Source of the DNA: an uncultured Candidatus Saccharibacteria bacterium
Lineage (GTDB): Bacteria; Patescibacteriota; Minisyncoccia; Phycocordibacterales; UBA2100
Assembly: GCA_964623775.1 (NCBI GenBank)
Contig: CAZUVH010000001.1
Location: 155,745-219,744, forward strand
DNA: 64,000 bases
Reading direction: 5' to 3'
In this document: one piece after another, positions 1-10,157 of the stretch
How the letters are laid out: each line of letters opens with the position of its first letter
How positions within the stretch are numbered: the first letter of the stretch is position 1
Made by a program: the position numbers and the translations under genes
The notes under the pieces: generated by a model
Told to the model about the DNA's origin: nothing
Databases searched by the model: none
The model's input: the letters and a program-made list of their open reading frames with translations, nothing else

Positions 1-1008
1 AGGCTGCAATCGCGGGTAGGTGTCGTTTCAAAAAAGGAAGTAGCGACTCGTCTCTATACGCACAATGAGAATGTCGATCGTATCAATACCGAGTCACTCG
101 AGAAAATCGGCGGATCGAAACGTGTGTACCACATGACATCACGCGGTCCGGCGGCACTCGTAGAGGCGCTCAAGAAAAATTGCCTTTCTCCCGAGACGCT
201 CGAACTCAAAATCGGTGCGGCGGTCATGTTTACCCGCAATAATTTCGAAGCAGGATACGTCAACGGCACACTGGGTACCGTTATCGACTTTTCTCCACTT
301 GGCGCACCCGTCGTGAAGACGAAAAATGGCACAGTCACGGCGACAGAAGAAATGTGGGAAGTGATGGATGGAAATAAAATTCTCGCCAAGATCACGCAGA
401 TACCGCTCCGCCTCGCGTGGGCGATCACCGTGCACAAAAGCCAGGGTATGTCGCTTGATGCGGCGATCATCGACCTTTCGCAGGCGTTTGAATACGGCCA
501 AGGGTATGTGGCAATCTCGCGCGTGCGCACACTCGAGGGGCTTTTCCTCGAAGGCTTCAACGAACGCGCGCTGGAGCTGCACCCCAAGGTCGCGGCAGCC
601 GACCGGCACTTCCGTGCGTATTCTGATGCAGCGCGCAAGAAATTTGCCGTATTTCCGACGAGCGAGAAGGTGAATCTCGAGAAGAATTTCCTCCGCGCGA
701 TTGGCGCGGATGACCCTGAAGCCGTCGCGATCAAAAAACAGATCAGCAGGATGCACATCGAAGGCGGGGGAAAGCTCTCTGCGCTTCGCGAGAAGCACTC
801 GAATGCATACAAAAAATGGACTGAAGACGAAGATGCGGGTTTGGAAAAAATGTTTCGCGAGAAAAAAGAGCAAAAAGAAATGGCGGAGGTACTAAGGCGG
901 CAGCCATCGGCAATAAATGGCCGCCTCATGCACCTCGGTCTCATTCCAAACCCCTGGGCCGAAAGGAATAAAGCGCGCGCAGACAAAAAAAGGAGGAAGA
1001 AGAAATAG
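1..1008 (+). CDS. PIF1/RecD-family helicase, C-terminal part (5' end lies outside the window), with a C-terminal Myb-like HTH extension
   Basis: Helicase motifs QIPLRLAWAITVHKSQGMSLD and GQGYVAISRV; tail KKWTEDEDAGL...RRQPSAINGRL. Confidence 0.9.
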   Translation, partial: RLQSRVGVVSKKEVATRLYTHNENVDRINTESLEKIGGSKRVYHMTSRGPAALVEALKKNCLSPETLELKIGAAVMFTRNNFEAGYVNGTLGTVIDFSPLGAPVVKTKNGTVTATEEMWEVMDGNKILAKITQIPLRLAWAITVHKSQGMSLDAAIIDLSQAFEYGQGYVAISRVRTLEGLFLEGFNERALELHPKVAAADRHFRAYSDAARKKFAVFPTSEKVNLEKNFLRAIGADDPEAVAIKKQISRMHIEGGGKLSALREKHSNAYKKWTEDEDAGLEKMFREKKEQKEMAEVLRRQPSAINGRLMHLGLIPNPWAERNKARADKKRRKKK

Positions 1009-1064
1009 TGGCGTGTTCAGGAGGCTGGTGGTATGGTAGCGGCTGGAAAGAGAAGGAGAGCGCG

Positions 1065-1421
1065 ATGTACGATATCGCAGCAGGAAGTTTCGATGATGGG
1101 GTCGAAATCTTTGATGAGTTCGAAAGGACCATCCGAAGGAACCAGCGATTCTTGAGTGATGCAAAGAACTTTGCATGCAAGATCGCCCCAAAAAATCTCA
1201 AGGTTTCCGCCGTTCCAAAAATGCTTCCTCGTACCGCATTGCCCACGGATCGCGGTATACGACTGCAATTCAATGACGGACGGTGGGTCGACCTCGTTGC
1301 AGAAGAGGAGCGATTCTCAGTCCAGCGTAGTTGCGGCTTCCACCTCATGCAGCCGTGGAATGAAGATTCGATCGAGCATGTAAGGATCGCAATCAAAGGT
1401 TTTTTCCTTCAACACAGATAG
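1065..1421 (+). CDS. Hypothetical protein (SD-led orphan)
   Basis: ATG 1065 preceded by AAGGAG and a TATGGT -10-like hexamer; terminator follows. Confidence 0.6.
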   Translation: MYDIAAGSFDDGVEIFDEFERTIRRNQRFLSDAKNFACKIAPKNLKVSAVPKMLPRTALPTDRGIRLQFNDGRWVDLVAEEERFSVQRSCGFHLMQPWNEDSIEHVRIAIKGFFLQHR

Positions 1422-1426
1422 CCACT

Positions 1427-1457
1427 AAGCCCGACCTCGTCGTCGGGCTTCTCTTTT
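1427..1457 (+). terminator. Intrinsic terminator
   Basis: AAGCCCGAC-ctcgtc-GTCGGGCTT followed by ctctttt. Confidence 0.75.
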
Positions 1458-1606
1458 ACGACCCCGCCCGAAGAGGGCGCCCCGAGTATACGGGGGCAAA
1501 TGCACTTGATGCATTTGCGGGGAGTGCCGAAACGAGCTCGTTTCGGCGAGGTACCGGCCATTTGCGCGGGTCGCCGGGTACGGGAAGTTTTGCTACGATA
1601 CGTCTA

Positions 1607-4546
1607 ATGGCTGAAAACCAAGAAAAAATAACAAAATCAGAGGTCGCACTCCGGGAAGAGGAGACACTCAAATTCTGGCAGGAGAACGACATCTTCAAAA
1701 AATCTCTCGGAAAAGGTGCCACGAAGGGCGAGTTTGTTTTTTATGAGGGTCCGCCGACGGCCAATGGTCGTCCTGGCATCCATCACCTTGAAAGCCGCGC
1801 GTTCAAGGACTCGATACCGCGCTACCGCACGATGCGTGGCTATCATGTCCGTCGCAAAGCAGGGTGGGACACACACGGGCTTCCGGTCGAGCTCGGTGTA
1901 GAGAAAGAGATCGGTGCCAAGAGCAAAAAGGATATCGAAGCGTTCGGTATCGCGGAATTCAACAAAAAATGCAAAGAAAGCGTCCTCCAATACATCGATG
2001 AGTGGAAGGCATTCACGGATCGGATCGCCTTTTGGGTGGACCACGACAGCACGTATTTCACGTTCGACAATACATACATTGAGTCGGTCTGGAGTATTTT
2101 GAAGGTCGCGCACGAGAGGAAACTTCTCTACAAGGACTACAAAATTCTTCCGTGGTGCCCACGCTGCGGCACAGGACTCTCAAGTCATGAGGTCGCTCAG
2201 GGGTACAAAGATGTCAAAGATATCGCGGTGACGGTCAAATTTGAAGCTGCTGATACGCCCGGCACATATTTCCTGGCATGGACGACGACGCCGTGGACGC
2301 TCCCCGGTAATGTCGCACTCGCCGTCGGGGCCGAAATCACGTATGTGAAGGTCACGAACGAGTCGGGATCGTACATTCTCGCAAAAGAAGCGTATGAGAA
2401 AACAAAAGAGGCTTTTCACCCCACACAGGCCGTCGTCGAGATGAAAGGTCATGAGCTTGTCGGCGCCTCCTACAAGCCGCTTTTCGACTACTACGTAAAA
2501 GACGAAAAATTGAAGAACCGGGAAAATGGCTGGAAAGTGTATGCGGCCGATTTCGTGACCTCTGACAGCGGTACGGGCATCGCACACGAAGCGCCTGCGT
2601 TTGGTGCCGACGACTGGGAGTTGTCCAAAAAATTCAATCTTCCGTTTGTACAGCACGTAAATCCGGACGGTACGATGAAATCGGAAGTCACGGCATTTGC
2701 GGGTATGGATGTGAAGCCGAAATCCGACGATGACAAAACGCGTCTGGGCACTGACATTGAGGTACTGAGGTATCTCCAAGAAAATAATCTGTTTTTCTCG
2801 AAGGAAAATATCACACACTCGTACCCACACTGCTGGCGCTGCAATACGCCGCTTCTTTATTACGCTACATCCTCGTGGTACATCGCGGTGACCAAAATAA
2901 AAGACGATTTAATTCGGGAGAACGAGGAGATTTTCTGGGAACCTGAACACATCAAGAAAGGTCGTTTCGGAGAGTGGCTCCGTGAACTCAAAGATTGGGC
3001 AATCAGTAGGTCGCGCTATTGGGGGACACCGCTCCCGATCTGGGAGTGCGGGGAATGCAAACATTTTGATGTGATCGGCTCGATCGCACAGCTAAAAGAG
3101 AAGGCCGGGAGCGCTCCGAATGATCTGCACCGCCCCTATGTCGATGATCTTTCGTACCCTTGCACAAAGTGCGACAACACCATGAAACGTGTCCCGGAGG
3201 TGCTCGATGTGTGGTTTGATTCTGGTGCGATGCCGTTTGCGCAAGATCACTATCCTTTCGCTACGAAAGATGTTCTGTATCCCGCCGATTTTATCTCCGA
3301 GGCGATCGACCAGACGCGAGGGTGGTTTTATACGCTCCATGCGGTGGGCGGCATTATGGGTCGCGGCAAGGCGTATAAAAATGTCGTCTGTCTCGGACAC
3401 ATCTTGGATGCCAATGGTAAGAAAATGTCGAAATCGGTCGGCAATATTGTCGAGCCAAACAGTATGATCAATAAGTACGGCGTCGATGCGCTTCGGTACT
3501 TCATGTTTACCGTCAGTGCACCTGGAGATTCAAAGAATTTTGACGAACGGATCGTTGACGAGATCGTTAAGAAGAATTTTGGTCGCCTCGGCAACGTGCT
3601 CGCTTTCTGGAAGCTCTACGACGACGGTACGCCGCGCGACTGGAAGAGTGCCAATGTGCTCGATCGTTGGATACTCGCGCGACTCGATCAATTGATCGTC
3701 GAAGTAACCGCGGGATTTGAGAAGTACCAGCTCGACAGCGCGACACGCCCGATCGCGGGATTTATCGACGATCTCTCGGTGTGGTACCTCCGCAGAAGTC
3801 GTGATCGATTCTCCGCCAAAGGCGGATCCGCCTCGGGCGGAAAGGACACGGAAGCTCTCCTCAAAGATAAACATAATGCACTTGCGACCATGCGCTACGT
3901 ATTGCACCGTCTCGCGCTCGTGATGGCGCCGACGATGCCTTTCTTTGCCGAGTATCTTTTTCAGGCGGTCCGTGAGGGTGAAGATGAGGAGAGCGTGCAT
4001 CTCGCGCAGTGGCCCGATGCGAGCGCGACACCCAATTTTATAGAGCGCATGCTTGGGCGGGGTAGTGAGAACGAAAAACTTATCGCCGCAATGAAAGTGG
4101 CGCGCGATATCGTCACGCAGGCGCTTGAGGCGCGCGAAAAGGCCGGTATTAAAGTGCGCCAGCCGCTCTCTACTCTCACTATTAATGTCGAAGTACCCCA
4201 AGAGCTTCGTCCGGTCATTGCCGACGAGGTCAATGTAAAATCGATCGTCATCGGTACCACGGTCGCACTCGACACGACGATAACGGAAGAATTAAAAGAA
4301 GAAGGCTTTGTCCGCGAACTGATCCGCGAGATCCAATCTGCGCGAAAGGAGACAGGACTTCACCCGCAGGATTTGGCTGTCGTCACGCTCGGCGGCGACA
4401 CCGAGGCGCGGCGCCTTATAGAAAAATATGATTCGAAAATCCGTTTAACCGTCAATGCAAAAGATATTGTCCTCGAGGGAGCGGGTGAGGGCGGCAAATC
4501 GGTCGCCGGATTCCGAATCTCGATTTCTCTGACGACTGTGTATTGA
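1607..4546 (+). CDS. ileS: Isoleucine--tRNA ligase (IleRS2-like)
   Basis: EGPPTANG, GWDTHGLPVE, WTTTPWTLP, DWAISRSRYWGTPLP, DQTRGWF and KMSKS motifs; start set at ATG 1607 (MAENQ). Confidence 0.97.
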   Translation: MAENQEKITKSEVALREEETLKFWQENDIFKKSLGKGATKGEFVFYEGPPTANGRPGIHHLESRAFKDSIPRYRTMRGYHVRRKAGWDTHGLPVELGVEKEIGAKSKKDIEAFGIAEFNKKCKESVLQYIDEWKAFTDRIAFWVDHDSTYFTFDNTYIESVWSILKVAHERKLLYKDYKILPWCPRCGTGLSSHEVAQGYKDVKDIAVTVKFEAADTPGTYFLAWTTTPWTLPGNVALAVGAEITYVKVTNESGSYILAKEAYEKTKEAFHPTQAVVEMKGHELVGASYKPLFDYYVKDEKLKNRENGWKVYAADFVTSDSGTGIAHEAPAFGADDWELSKKFNLPFVQHVNPDGTMKSEVTAFAGMDVKPKSDDDKTRLGTDIEVLRYLQENNLFFSKENITHSYPHCWRCNTPLLYYATSSWYIAVTKIKDDLIRENEEIFWEPEHIKKGRFGEWLRELKDWAISRSRYWGTPLPIWECGECKHFDVIGSIAQLKEKAGSAPNDLHRPYVDDLSYPCTKCDNTMKRVPEVLDVWFDSGAMPFAQDHYPFATKDVLYPADFISEAIDQTRGWFYTLHAVGGIMGRGKAYKNVVCLGHILDANGKKMSKSVGNIVEPNSMINKYGVDALRYFMFTVSAPGDSKNFDERIVDEIVKKNFGRLGNVLAFWKLYDDGTPRDWKSANVLDRWILARLDQLIVEVTAGFEKYQLDSATRPIAGFIDDLSVWYLRRSRDRFSAKGGSASGGKDTEALLKDKHNALATMRYVLHRLALVMAPTMPFFAEYLFQAVREGEDEESVHLAQWPDASATPNFIERMLGRGSENEKLIAAMKVARDIVTQALEAREKAGIKVRQPLSTLTINVEVPQELRPVIADEVNVKSIVIGTTVALDTTITEELKEEGFVRELIREIQSARKETGLHPQDLAVVTLGGDTEARRLIEKYDSKIRLTVNAKDIVLEGAGEGGKSVAGFRISISLTTVY
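3812..3841. repeat. 30-bp double-hairpin palindromic element, in frame inside ileS (encodes SAKGGSASGG)
   Basis: TCCGCC-aaa-GGCGGA-TCCGCC-tcg-GGCGGA; a second copy is at 35750-35779. Confidence 0.85.
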
Positions 4547-4552
4547 GTAGGT

Positions 4553-5128
4553 ATGTATCAGAAATACCAGACAGATGCGCTCGTGCTCAGCTCTCGCGAG
4601 AGCGGAGAGCTGGACAAAGTGTACGCGCTCTACACCAGGGATTTTGGACTCGTGCGCGCGAGAGCGACGGCGGTGCGCAGTGAGAAGTCCAAAATGCGCT
4701 ATGCGCTGCAGAATTATTCGCGAGCATCGCTCTCGCTCGTACGCGGCAAGCGCGGATGGCGAGCAGCGGGCGCGATAGCACTCACTACGCCGATCGATAA
4801 GGATATGGCTGCCATAGCCGCTTTTGCCCGAATCTCGGAGCTTGTGACGCGTCTTGTGCATGGCGAAGAGAAAAATGAGTATCTCTTTGCCGCGCTCGTG
4901 GAGGCGCACGACGCTTTCATGAAAGAAAAATGCGAGGCGGTAGGCATGATCGAGATCGTCTGCGTCGCACGCATTCTCTACGCACTCGGATACATTTCTA
5001 CGGAAGCGCTCTCGACCGCATTGTTTAGCCACACTGCGTACACGGGGGAGTCTCTGCTCGAGGCCGAGACCATGAAAGACACCCTGCTCTCGTCAATCAA
5101 TCGCGCGATTTCAGAAACTCACCTCTAG
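4553..5128 (+). CDS. recO: DNA repair protein RecO (short CPR form)
   Basis: N-terminal OB fold: YQTDALVLSSRESGELDKVYALYTRDFGLVRARATAVRSEKSK. Confidence 0.85.
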   Translation: MYQKYQTDALVLSSRESGELDKVYALYTRDFGLVRARATAVRSEKSKMRYALQNYSRASLSLVRGKRGWRAAGAIALTTPIDKDMAAIAAFARISELVTRLVHGEEKNEYLFAALVEAHDAFMKEKCEAVGMIEIVCVARILYALGYISTEALSTALFSHTAYTGESLLEAETMKDTLLSSINRAISETHL

Positions 5129-5197
5129 AACTCAGTAGAGCAGGGGCGTGCCTCCCGTGTCGCAGATGTGGCTCTAAGGGGATGATATTATTTCAAG

Positions 5198-7261
5198 ATG
5201 GACTTTAAGAAGCCTCCGCGTCCGGAAAATCTCCAAAAACCGCCGGAGCCCGAGCGTCAGCCCGAGCTGCCACCAAATAGACCCGGCCCTTCGTCGGAGG
5301 TAGAGCGAATCGATCGCCTTCGCCGTGCGATGTACTCGCGGTCACTTTCAAAAAACCTCAAGGAGCGTGAGCGTAGGGAAATGGAGCCCACGAGGCCGAT
5401 TGTCGGCGAAGATTTCAAGGTGGGAGAGCTGGGAGTGCCCCAGGTGTCGGTCGCGCCAGGCGGCATTCTCTTTATGCGTAATATTTTGTGGTGGGTGCTC
5501 GGCGCTTCGATCCTCTTTTTCACCGGTACGATGATGTTTTTCGGGTACTATTTCTTTTTTGGTCAGGGAAGCATTGGTGCAGCTCCAGGCAATATTGATA
5601 TTGCGATCGCGGGTCCAGCGCAGGTTGCTGGCGGACAAGCATCTGCATTACAGATTGTTGTGACCAATCGCAACAACGTAGCGCTCAATCTCGCCGATCT
5701 CGTCGTGCACTTCCCAAAAGGTACACGCTCACCGACCGATTTCGTGACAGATGAGCCAGTGCTTCGCCAATCGCTCGGCACGATAGAGCCAGGTGGGCAG
5801 CGCCAAGGCACGGTAAAGGCCGTCTTTTCGGGCAAGGAAGGGGAAAAGGCGACCGTAAAGGTGGAGCTTGAATACCGGCTCGAGGGATCGGGCACTATTT
5901 ATGCGGCGGTGTCGGATTACACCCTGCAGTTTTCCTCGGCACCGATCGTCGTCTCCGTAGAAGGCAATTCTGAGACGATTTCCGATCAGCCAGTGCAATT
6001 TACGGTCACCGTCCAATCAAACACGAGTGCGCCCGTGCGCGACGTCGTGCTCAAAGCTGCATATCCGTTCGGCTTCAAGTTCTCGTCGTCCAATCCGGCT
6101 CCAAAGAGCGACGGATTCTGGGAACTCGGCGACCTTGCACCCGGAGGGAAACGCACCATCGTGATCCAGGGCAAGCTCTCGGGCGAAGCGTCGGATGAAC
6201 GCGTATTCAATTTTGTAGCCGGCACACGCAAAACCGCTGATGCGCAGCGCGTCGATACGCCTTTCCACGACACACCGTTCCATATGTCGATTTCGCAGCC
6301 GTTCCTCGGGCTCGTGATCGCGGTCAACAAAGCCACGGGGCAAAATATAATTGTTGGACCTGGCGACAATGTAAACATTTCTCTCAATTGGCAGAATAAT
6401 TTGAGTACGGCAGTCACTGACGCGGTTGTTGTCGCAAGACTCTCGGGTATACAGATCGACGGCTCAGGGGTGCGCACGACCGACGGATTCTATCGTTCTA
6501 CCGACTCGACGTTGATCTGGGACAAGACGACGACTGGTGGCGAGCTTGCCAGCCTCGCTCCGGGCGCACACGGCACGGTCGGATTCTCTTTCCAGATGCC
6601 GACAAGCGATGTTATCAACACGCTCCAAAATCCGTACCTCGAAATCACGGTCAACGCCTCAGGCAAGCGTGTTTCGGAAAGCGGCGTACCCGAAAACTTG
6701 CAGTCGACCTCGCGTCAGAAGATTGCGCTCGCGAGTGATCTGCAGTTTGTCGCACAGGGCCTGTACTACCAGAGTCCATTCGGATCCACCGGGCCGATAC
6801 CTCCCAAGGCGGGCACGGAGACGACATATGCAATGGTCTTTACAGTCAACAATACGACCAACAAGATCAACAGTGCCATCGTTACCGCGAAACTGCCGCC
6901 GTATGTGCGCTACGCCGGCCATTTCTCTCCAAATACCGAAGACGTTAAGTTCAACCAGAGCGACAATACGATGACCTGGAATCTCAATACGATCGAGCCG
7001 GGAGCGGGCCTAAACGGCGCACCGCCACGGCAAATGGCGATCGAGATCGGCTTTACGCCGTCGACGAGCCAAATCGGACAAGAGCCGCAACTCCTTCAGG
7101 ATATTATCCTGACGGGCATCGACGATTCGACTAAGGGTAAGATCACGCGCAGGGTCCCGCCGGTCACAACTAATCTCGCACTCACCTCAAAATCTTCTTC
7201 TGACATCGTGGTCGGTACGGACAAAGGTTTCAACTCCGCAAATGCGGCTGTAGTGAAATAA
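5198..7261 (+). CDS. Single-pass membrane protein with extracellular Ig-like (DUF11-like) repeats
   Basis: One TM helix near aa 95-120, followed by beta-rich repeats (WELGDLAPGG, WNLNTIEPG). Confidence 0.75.
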   Translation: MDFKKPPRPENLQKPPEPERQPELPPNRPGPSSEVERIDRLRRAMYSRSLSKNLKERERREMEPTRPIVGEDFKVGELGVPQVSVAPGGILFMRNILWWVLGASILFFTGTMMFFGYYFFFGQGSIGAAPGNIDIAIAGPAQVAGGQASALQIVVTNRNNVALNLADLVVHFPKGTRSPTDFVTDEPVLRQSLGTIEPGGQRQGTVKAVFSGKEGEKATVKVELEYRLEGSGTIYAAVSDYTLQFSSAPIVVSVEGNSETISDQPVQFTVTVQSNTSAPVRDVVLKAAYPFGFKFSSSNPAPKSDGFWELGDLAPGGKRTIVIQGKLSGEASDERVFNFVAGTRKTADAQRVDTPFHDTPFHMSISQPFLGLVIAVNKATGQNIIVGPGDNVNISLNWQNNLSTAVTDAVVVARLSGIQIDGSGVRTTDGFYRSTDSTLIWDKTTTGGELASLAPGAHGTVGFSFQMPTSDVINTLQNPYLEITVNASGKRVSESGVPENLQSTSRQKIALASDLQFVAQGLYYQSPFGSTGPIPPKAGTETTYAMVFTVNNTTNKINSAIVTAKLPPYVRYAGHFSPNTEDVKFNQSDNTMTWNLNTIEPGAGLNGAPPRQMAIEIGFTPSTSQIGQEPQLLQDIILTGIDDSTKGKITRRVPPVTTNLALTSKSSSDIVVGTDKGFNSANAAVVK

Positions 7262-7286
7262 CGCTACGGTTTGCTATAGTCCTCAC

Positions 7287-8600
7287 ATGACTGAAGTGAC
7301 AATGGAAAAAATAGTTTCGCTCTGCAAACGCCGCGGATTTATATTTCCGGGATCTGAAATCTACGGAGGACTCTCCGGTACGTGGGACTACGGCCCGTTT
7401 GGCGTGGAGCTCAAGAATAATATAAAAAATCTCTGGTGGCGGATGTTTGTGCAGGATCGCGAAGACATGGTCGGCGTCGATGCGGCGATCATCATGAATC
7501 CCCGAGTGTGGGAAGCGAGCGGTCACGTGAGCGGCTTTTCTGACCCGCTCGTCGAGTGTAAAAATTGTAAAAATCGCTTTCGCGCTGATCATGTAGAGGA
7601 CCCGAATACCTGCCCCTCATGCGGCAAGAAGGGGACGCTCGGCGAGGCGCGTCAATTCAATATGATGTTCAAGACGCAAGTCGGTGCATCAGAAGATGCG
7701 TCGGCCGTCTCATACTTGCGTCCTGAAACTGCTGGCGGAATTTTCGTAAATTTCAAAAACGTGATCGATTCGCTCCATCCCAAATTACCATTCGGCATGG
7801 CACAGATAGGGAAGGCTTTTCGCAATGAGATCGCGCCACGCGACTTTATCTTTCGTTCCCGCGAATTCGAGCAAATGGAGATCGAATATTTCGTGCGTCC
7901 TGCGGAATGGGAAGAGTCGTTTGAGGAGTGGCGCAAGAATGTCCACGCATTCAATGAGGCAGCGGGAATCCCGCGTGACATGGTCCACGAGCTCGAAGTG
8001 GCCGATGGTGACCGCGCACACTACTCCAAGCGGACAATCGACTTTGAGTTTGATTTCCCATTCGGTCGCAAGGAATTGTATGGTCTCGCGTATCGCACCG
8101 ATTTCGACCTCTCCGCGCATGCCAAAGGTTCCAGCCAGAATCTGGGCATGCAAGATGAGGACGGACAGGCGATTCTGCCGCACGTCATCGAGCCGTCATT
8201 TGGCGTCGATCGCACGATTCTCGCACTCCTCGCTGCCGCATATACGGAAGACGAGTTAGGCGGCGAGCCGCGCACGTATCTCAAATTCAACAAAACTGTC
8301 GCACCGATCAAGGCTGCCGTCTTTCCGCTCCTCAAAAACAAGCCCGAGCTCGTCGCGAAGGCCCGTGAAGTGTATGCGGTGCTCAAAAAACAGGTGCCGC
8401 AGATCATGTGGGACGACAACGGCAATATCGGTAAGCGCTATCGTCGTCAGGATGAGATCGGTACGCCTGTGTGCATCACGATCGATTTCGATACGTTGGG
8501 TGAAAAGCCCGAGCTCAAAGACACGGTCACCGTGCGCGACCGCGACACTGGGGAGCAGGAGCGCGTCCATATCGGAGAGCTTGCGTCGCGTATACAATAG
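7287..8600 (+). CDS. glyQS: Glycine--tRNA ligase (alpha2 type)
   Basis: LCKRRGFIFPGSEIYGG, LRPETAGGIF, FRSREFEQMEIEYF and IGKRYRRQDEIGTP. Confidence 0.97.
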   Translation: MTEVTMEKIVSLCKRRGFIFPGSEIYGGLSGTWDYGPFGVELKNNIKNLWWRMFVQDREDMVGVDAAIIMNPRVWEASGHVSGFSDPLVECKNCKNRFRADHVEDPNTCPSCGKKGTLGEARQFNMMFKTQVGASEDASAVSYLRPETAGGIFVNFKNVIDSLHPKLPFGMAQIGKAFRNEIAPRDFIFRSREFEQMEIEYFVRPAEWEESFEEWRKNVHAFNEAAGIPRDMVHELEVADGDRAHYSKRTIDFEFDFPFGRKELYGLAYRTDFDLSAHAKGSSQNLGMQDEDGQAILPHVIEPSFGVDRTILALLAAAYTEDELGGEPRTYLKFNKTVAPIKAAVFPLLKNKPELVAKAREVYAVLKKQVPQIMWDDNGNIGKRYRRQDEIGTPVCITIDFDTLGEKPELKDTVTVRDRDTGEQERVHIGELASRIQ

Positions 8601-8626
8601 GAGTAGAACCCTTAGAGGAGGGTCAC

Positions 8627-9022
8627 ATGATCAAGCTTGCGCTCATGAGCGCAGGTAGCGCGCTCATTTTTTTTGTTACACACTGGCTTCATCCGGAGTT
8701 CGCAGTATTTGCGCTTGCCATGCTGCCGGTGGTTTTGATGGGGATCAACATGATTTTGTTACTCGTGTTTCTTTCCCGGTGTGAAATGGACGACTCGATC
8801 TCGCTTCTCCATACACTTGAAGTGAGTGTGTACACCCTCATGCTCACCACCTGCGGCTCTATGTTCAGCGGACAGGCACTTCTTTTGCAGGCGTCGGAAA
8901 ACGTCACGATACCATTTGTGGTGTTTATCACGGTGGCAGCATTTCTCGTCGGCCTCATCATAGGGATATGCATCTTGGTTTCGGACGTGAATCTGTGGGG
9001 CGAATCATCTTCGCCGGACTGA
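8627..9022 (+). CDS. Hypothetical membrane protein, 4 TM (SD-led orphan)
   Basis: Hydrophobic helices; GAGGAGG upstream; hairpin at 9023-9060 downstream. Confidence 0.65.
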   Translation: MIKLALMSAGSALIFFVTHWLHPEFAVFALAMLPVVLMGINMILLLVFLSRCEMDDSISLLHTLEVSVYTLMLTTCGSMFSGQALLLQASENVTIPFVVFITVAAFLVGLIIGICILVSDVNLWGESSSPD

Positions 9023-9083
9023 TGCCTCCGTGCTGTTTACGGCACGGAGGCATTCTTTTTAGCCAATATGCTAGGATTGTTGC

Positions 9084-10157
9084 ATGGAAGATCGCCATCT
9101 CAGTATCACGATAACGACAGGCACTATCCTCAAGGTAATTCTTGTGCTCGTCGGAGCATGGTTTCTGTACGTACTGCGCGACATTGTCCTGGTAGTCGTG
9201 ACCGCAATCGTGATCGCGTCGGCCATGGAGCCGGGTGTGCGTGGCCTCATGAGAAGGAAGATTCCTCGCGTACTTGCGGTAATTGTTGTATACGCTCTCG
9301 TCTTTGCGGTGTTTGCGGGCGTATTCTACCTTTTCCTACCACTCGTCCTCGAAGAGTTCGCCGGATTTATCGCGACACTGCCCGTGTATCTCGACTCATT
9401 TAGCCGGAGCGATCTTTTTGCGCAATACACCAATTTGCTCGGCCTACCGGCTTCCTCGGGCATTTCTCCCAACGATCTCATAGCAGCGGTGCGCGACGCT
9501 CTCAATCTGGGTGTATTTGATAACGCCTTCACCGCAGCAACGAGTATTTTCGGCGGATTCTTTTCATTCGTTTTGATTGTCGTGTTCTCATTTTATTTTG
9601 CTGTCGTAGAGACGGGTGTAGATGATTTCCTCAGAATCGTCTCTCCCAAAAAACATCAGGCGTACATCCTCGGTTTGTGGAAGCGTTCGCAGACCAAGAT
9701 CGGGCTTTGGATGCAGGGCCAGCTTATCCTTGCCCTCCTTATGGGAGTGCTTATCTTCCTCGCACTCACCATCTTTCGGGTCCCTCACGCGCTCATCCTT
9801 GCCGTTATCGCGGCTGTTTTTGAGATTATTCCAGTCTTCGGGCCGATCCTCGCCGCTATCCCAGGTGTGATTATTGCCTTTGCCGCAGGCGGCACGGGGC
9901 TCGGGCTCGTCGCAGTCGTTATCTACTTGCTCGCACAACAATTCGAAAATCACCTCATCTATCCACAGGTCGTCACACGCGTTGTGGGTGTGCCGCCGCT
10001 TCTTGTCGTACTCGCTCTTATTGTCGGCGCAGAGCTCGGAGGTTTCCTCGGGATCATCCTCTCGGTGCCCGCAGCGGCCGTCTTACAGGAGCTCGTGAGG
10101 GATATAGAGACAGGTCGTTGGAGGCAGCACGCAGAAGTGGCAGAATCGTCGGCATGA
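9084..10157 (+). CDS. AI-2E family (PerM-like) transporter
   Basis: Multi-TM protein with FEIIPVFGP, QQFENHLIYP and GFLGIILSVP. Confidence 0.9.
   Translation: MEDRHLSITITTGTILKVILVLVGAWFLYVLRDIVLVVVTAIVIASAMEPGVRGLMRRKIPRVLAVIVVYALVFAVFAGVFYLFLPLVLEEFAGFIATLPVYLDSFSRSDLFAQYTNLLGLPASSGISPNDLIAAVRDALNLGVFDNAFTAATSIFGGFFSFVLIVVFSFYFAVVETGVDDFLRIVSPKKHQAYILGLWKRSQTKIGLWMQGQLILALLMGVLIFLALTIFRVPHALILAVIAAVFEIIPVFGPILAAIPGVIIAFAAGGTGLGLVAVVIYLLAQQFENHLIYPQVVTRVVGVPPLLVVLALIVGAELGGFLGIILSVPAAAVLQELVRDIETGRWRQHAEVAESSA

Noticed and set aside
54-986. Long antisense or alternative-frame ORFs (e.g. 54-986, 47575-48408, 43202-44101, 46174-46986)
   Set aside because: They shadow well-supported genes in GC-rich sequence and have no motifs or initiation signals.
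1459-1606. T-box riboswitch upstream of ileS
   Set aside because: There is no GGTGGNACCGCG T-box or terminator before the ATG, and a -10 hexamer sits directly before the start.
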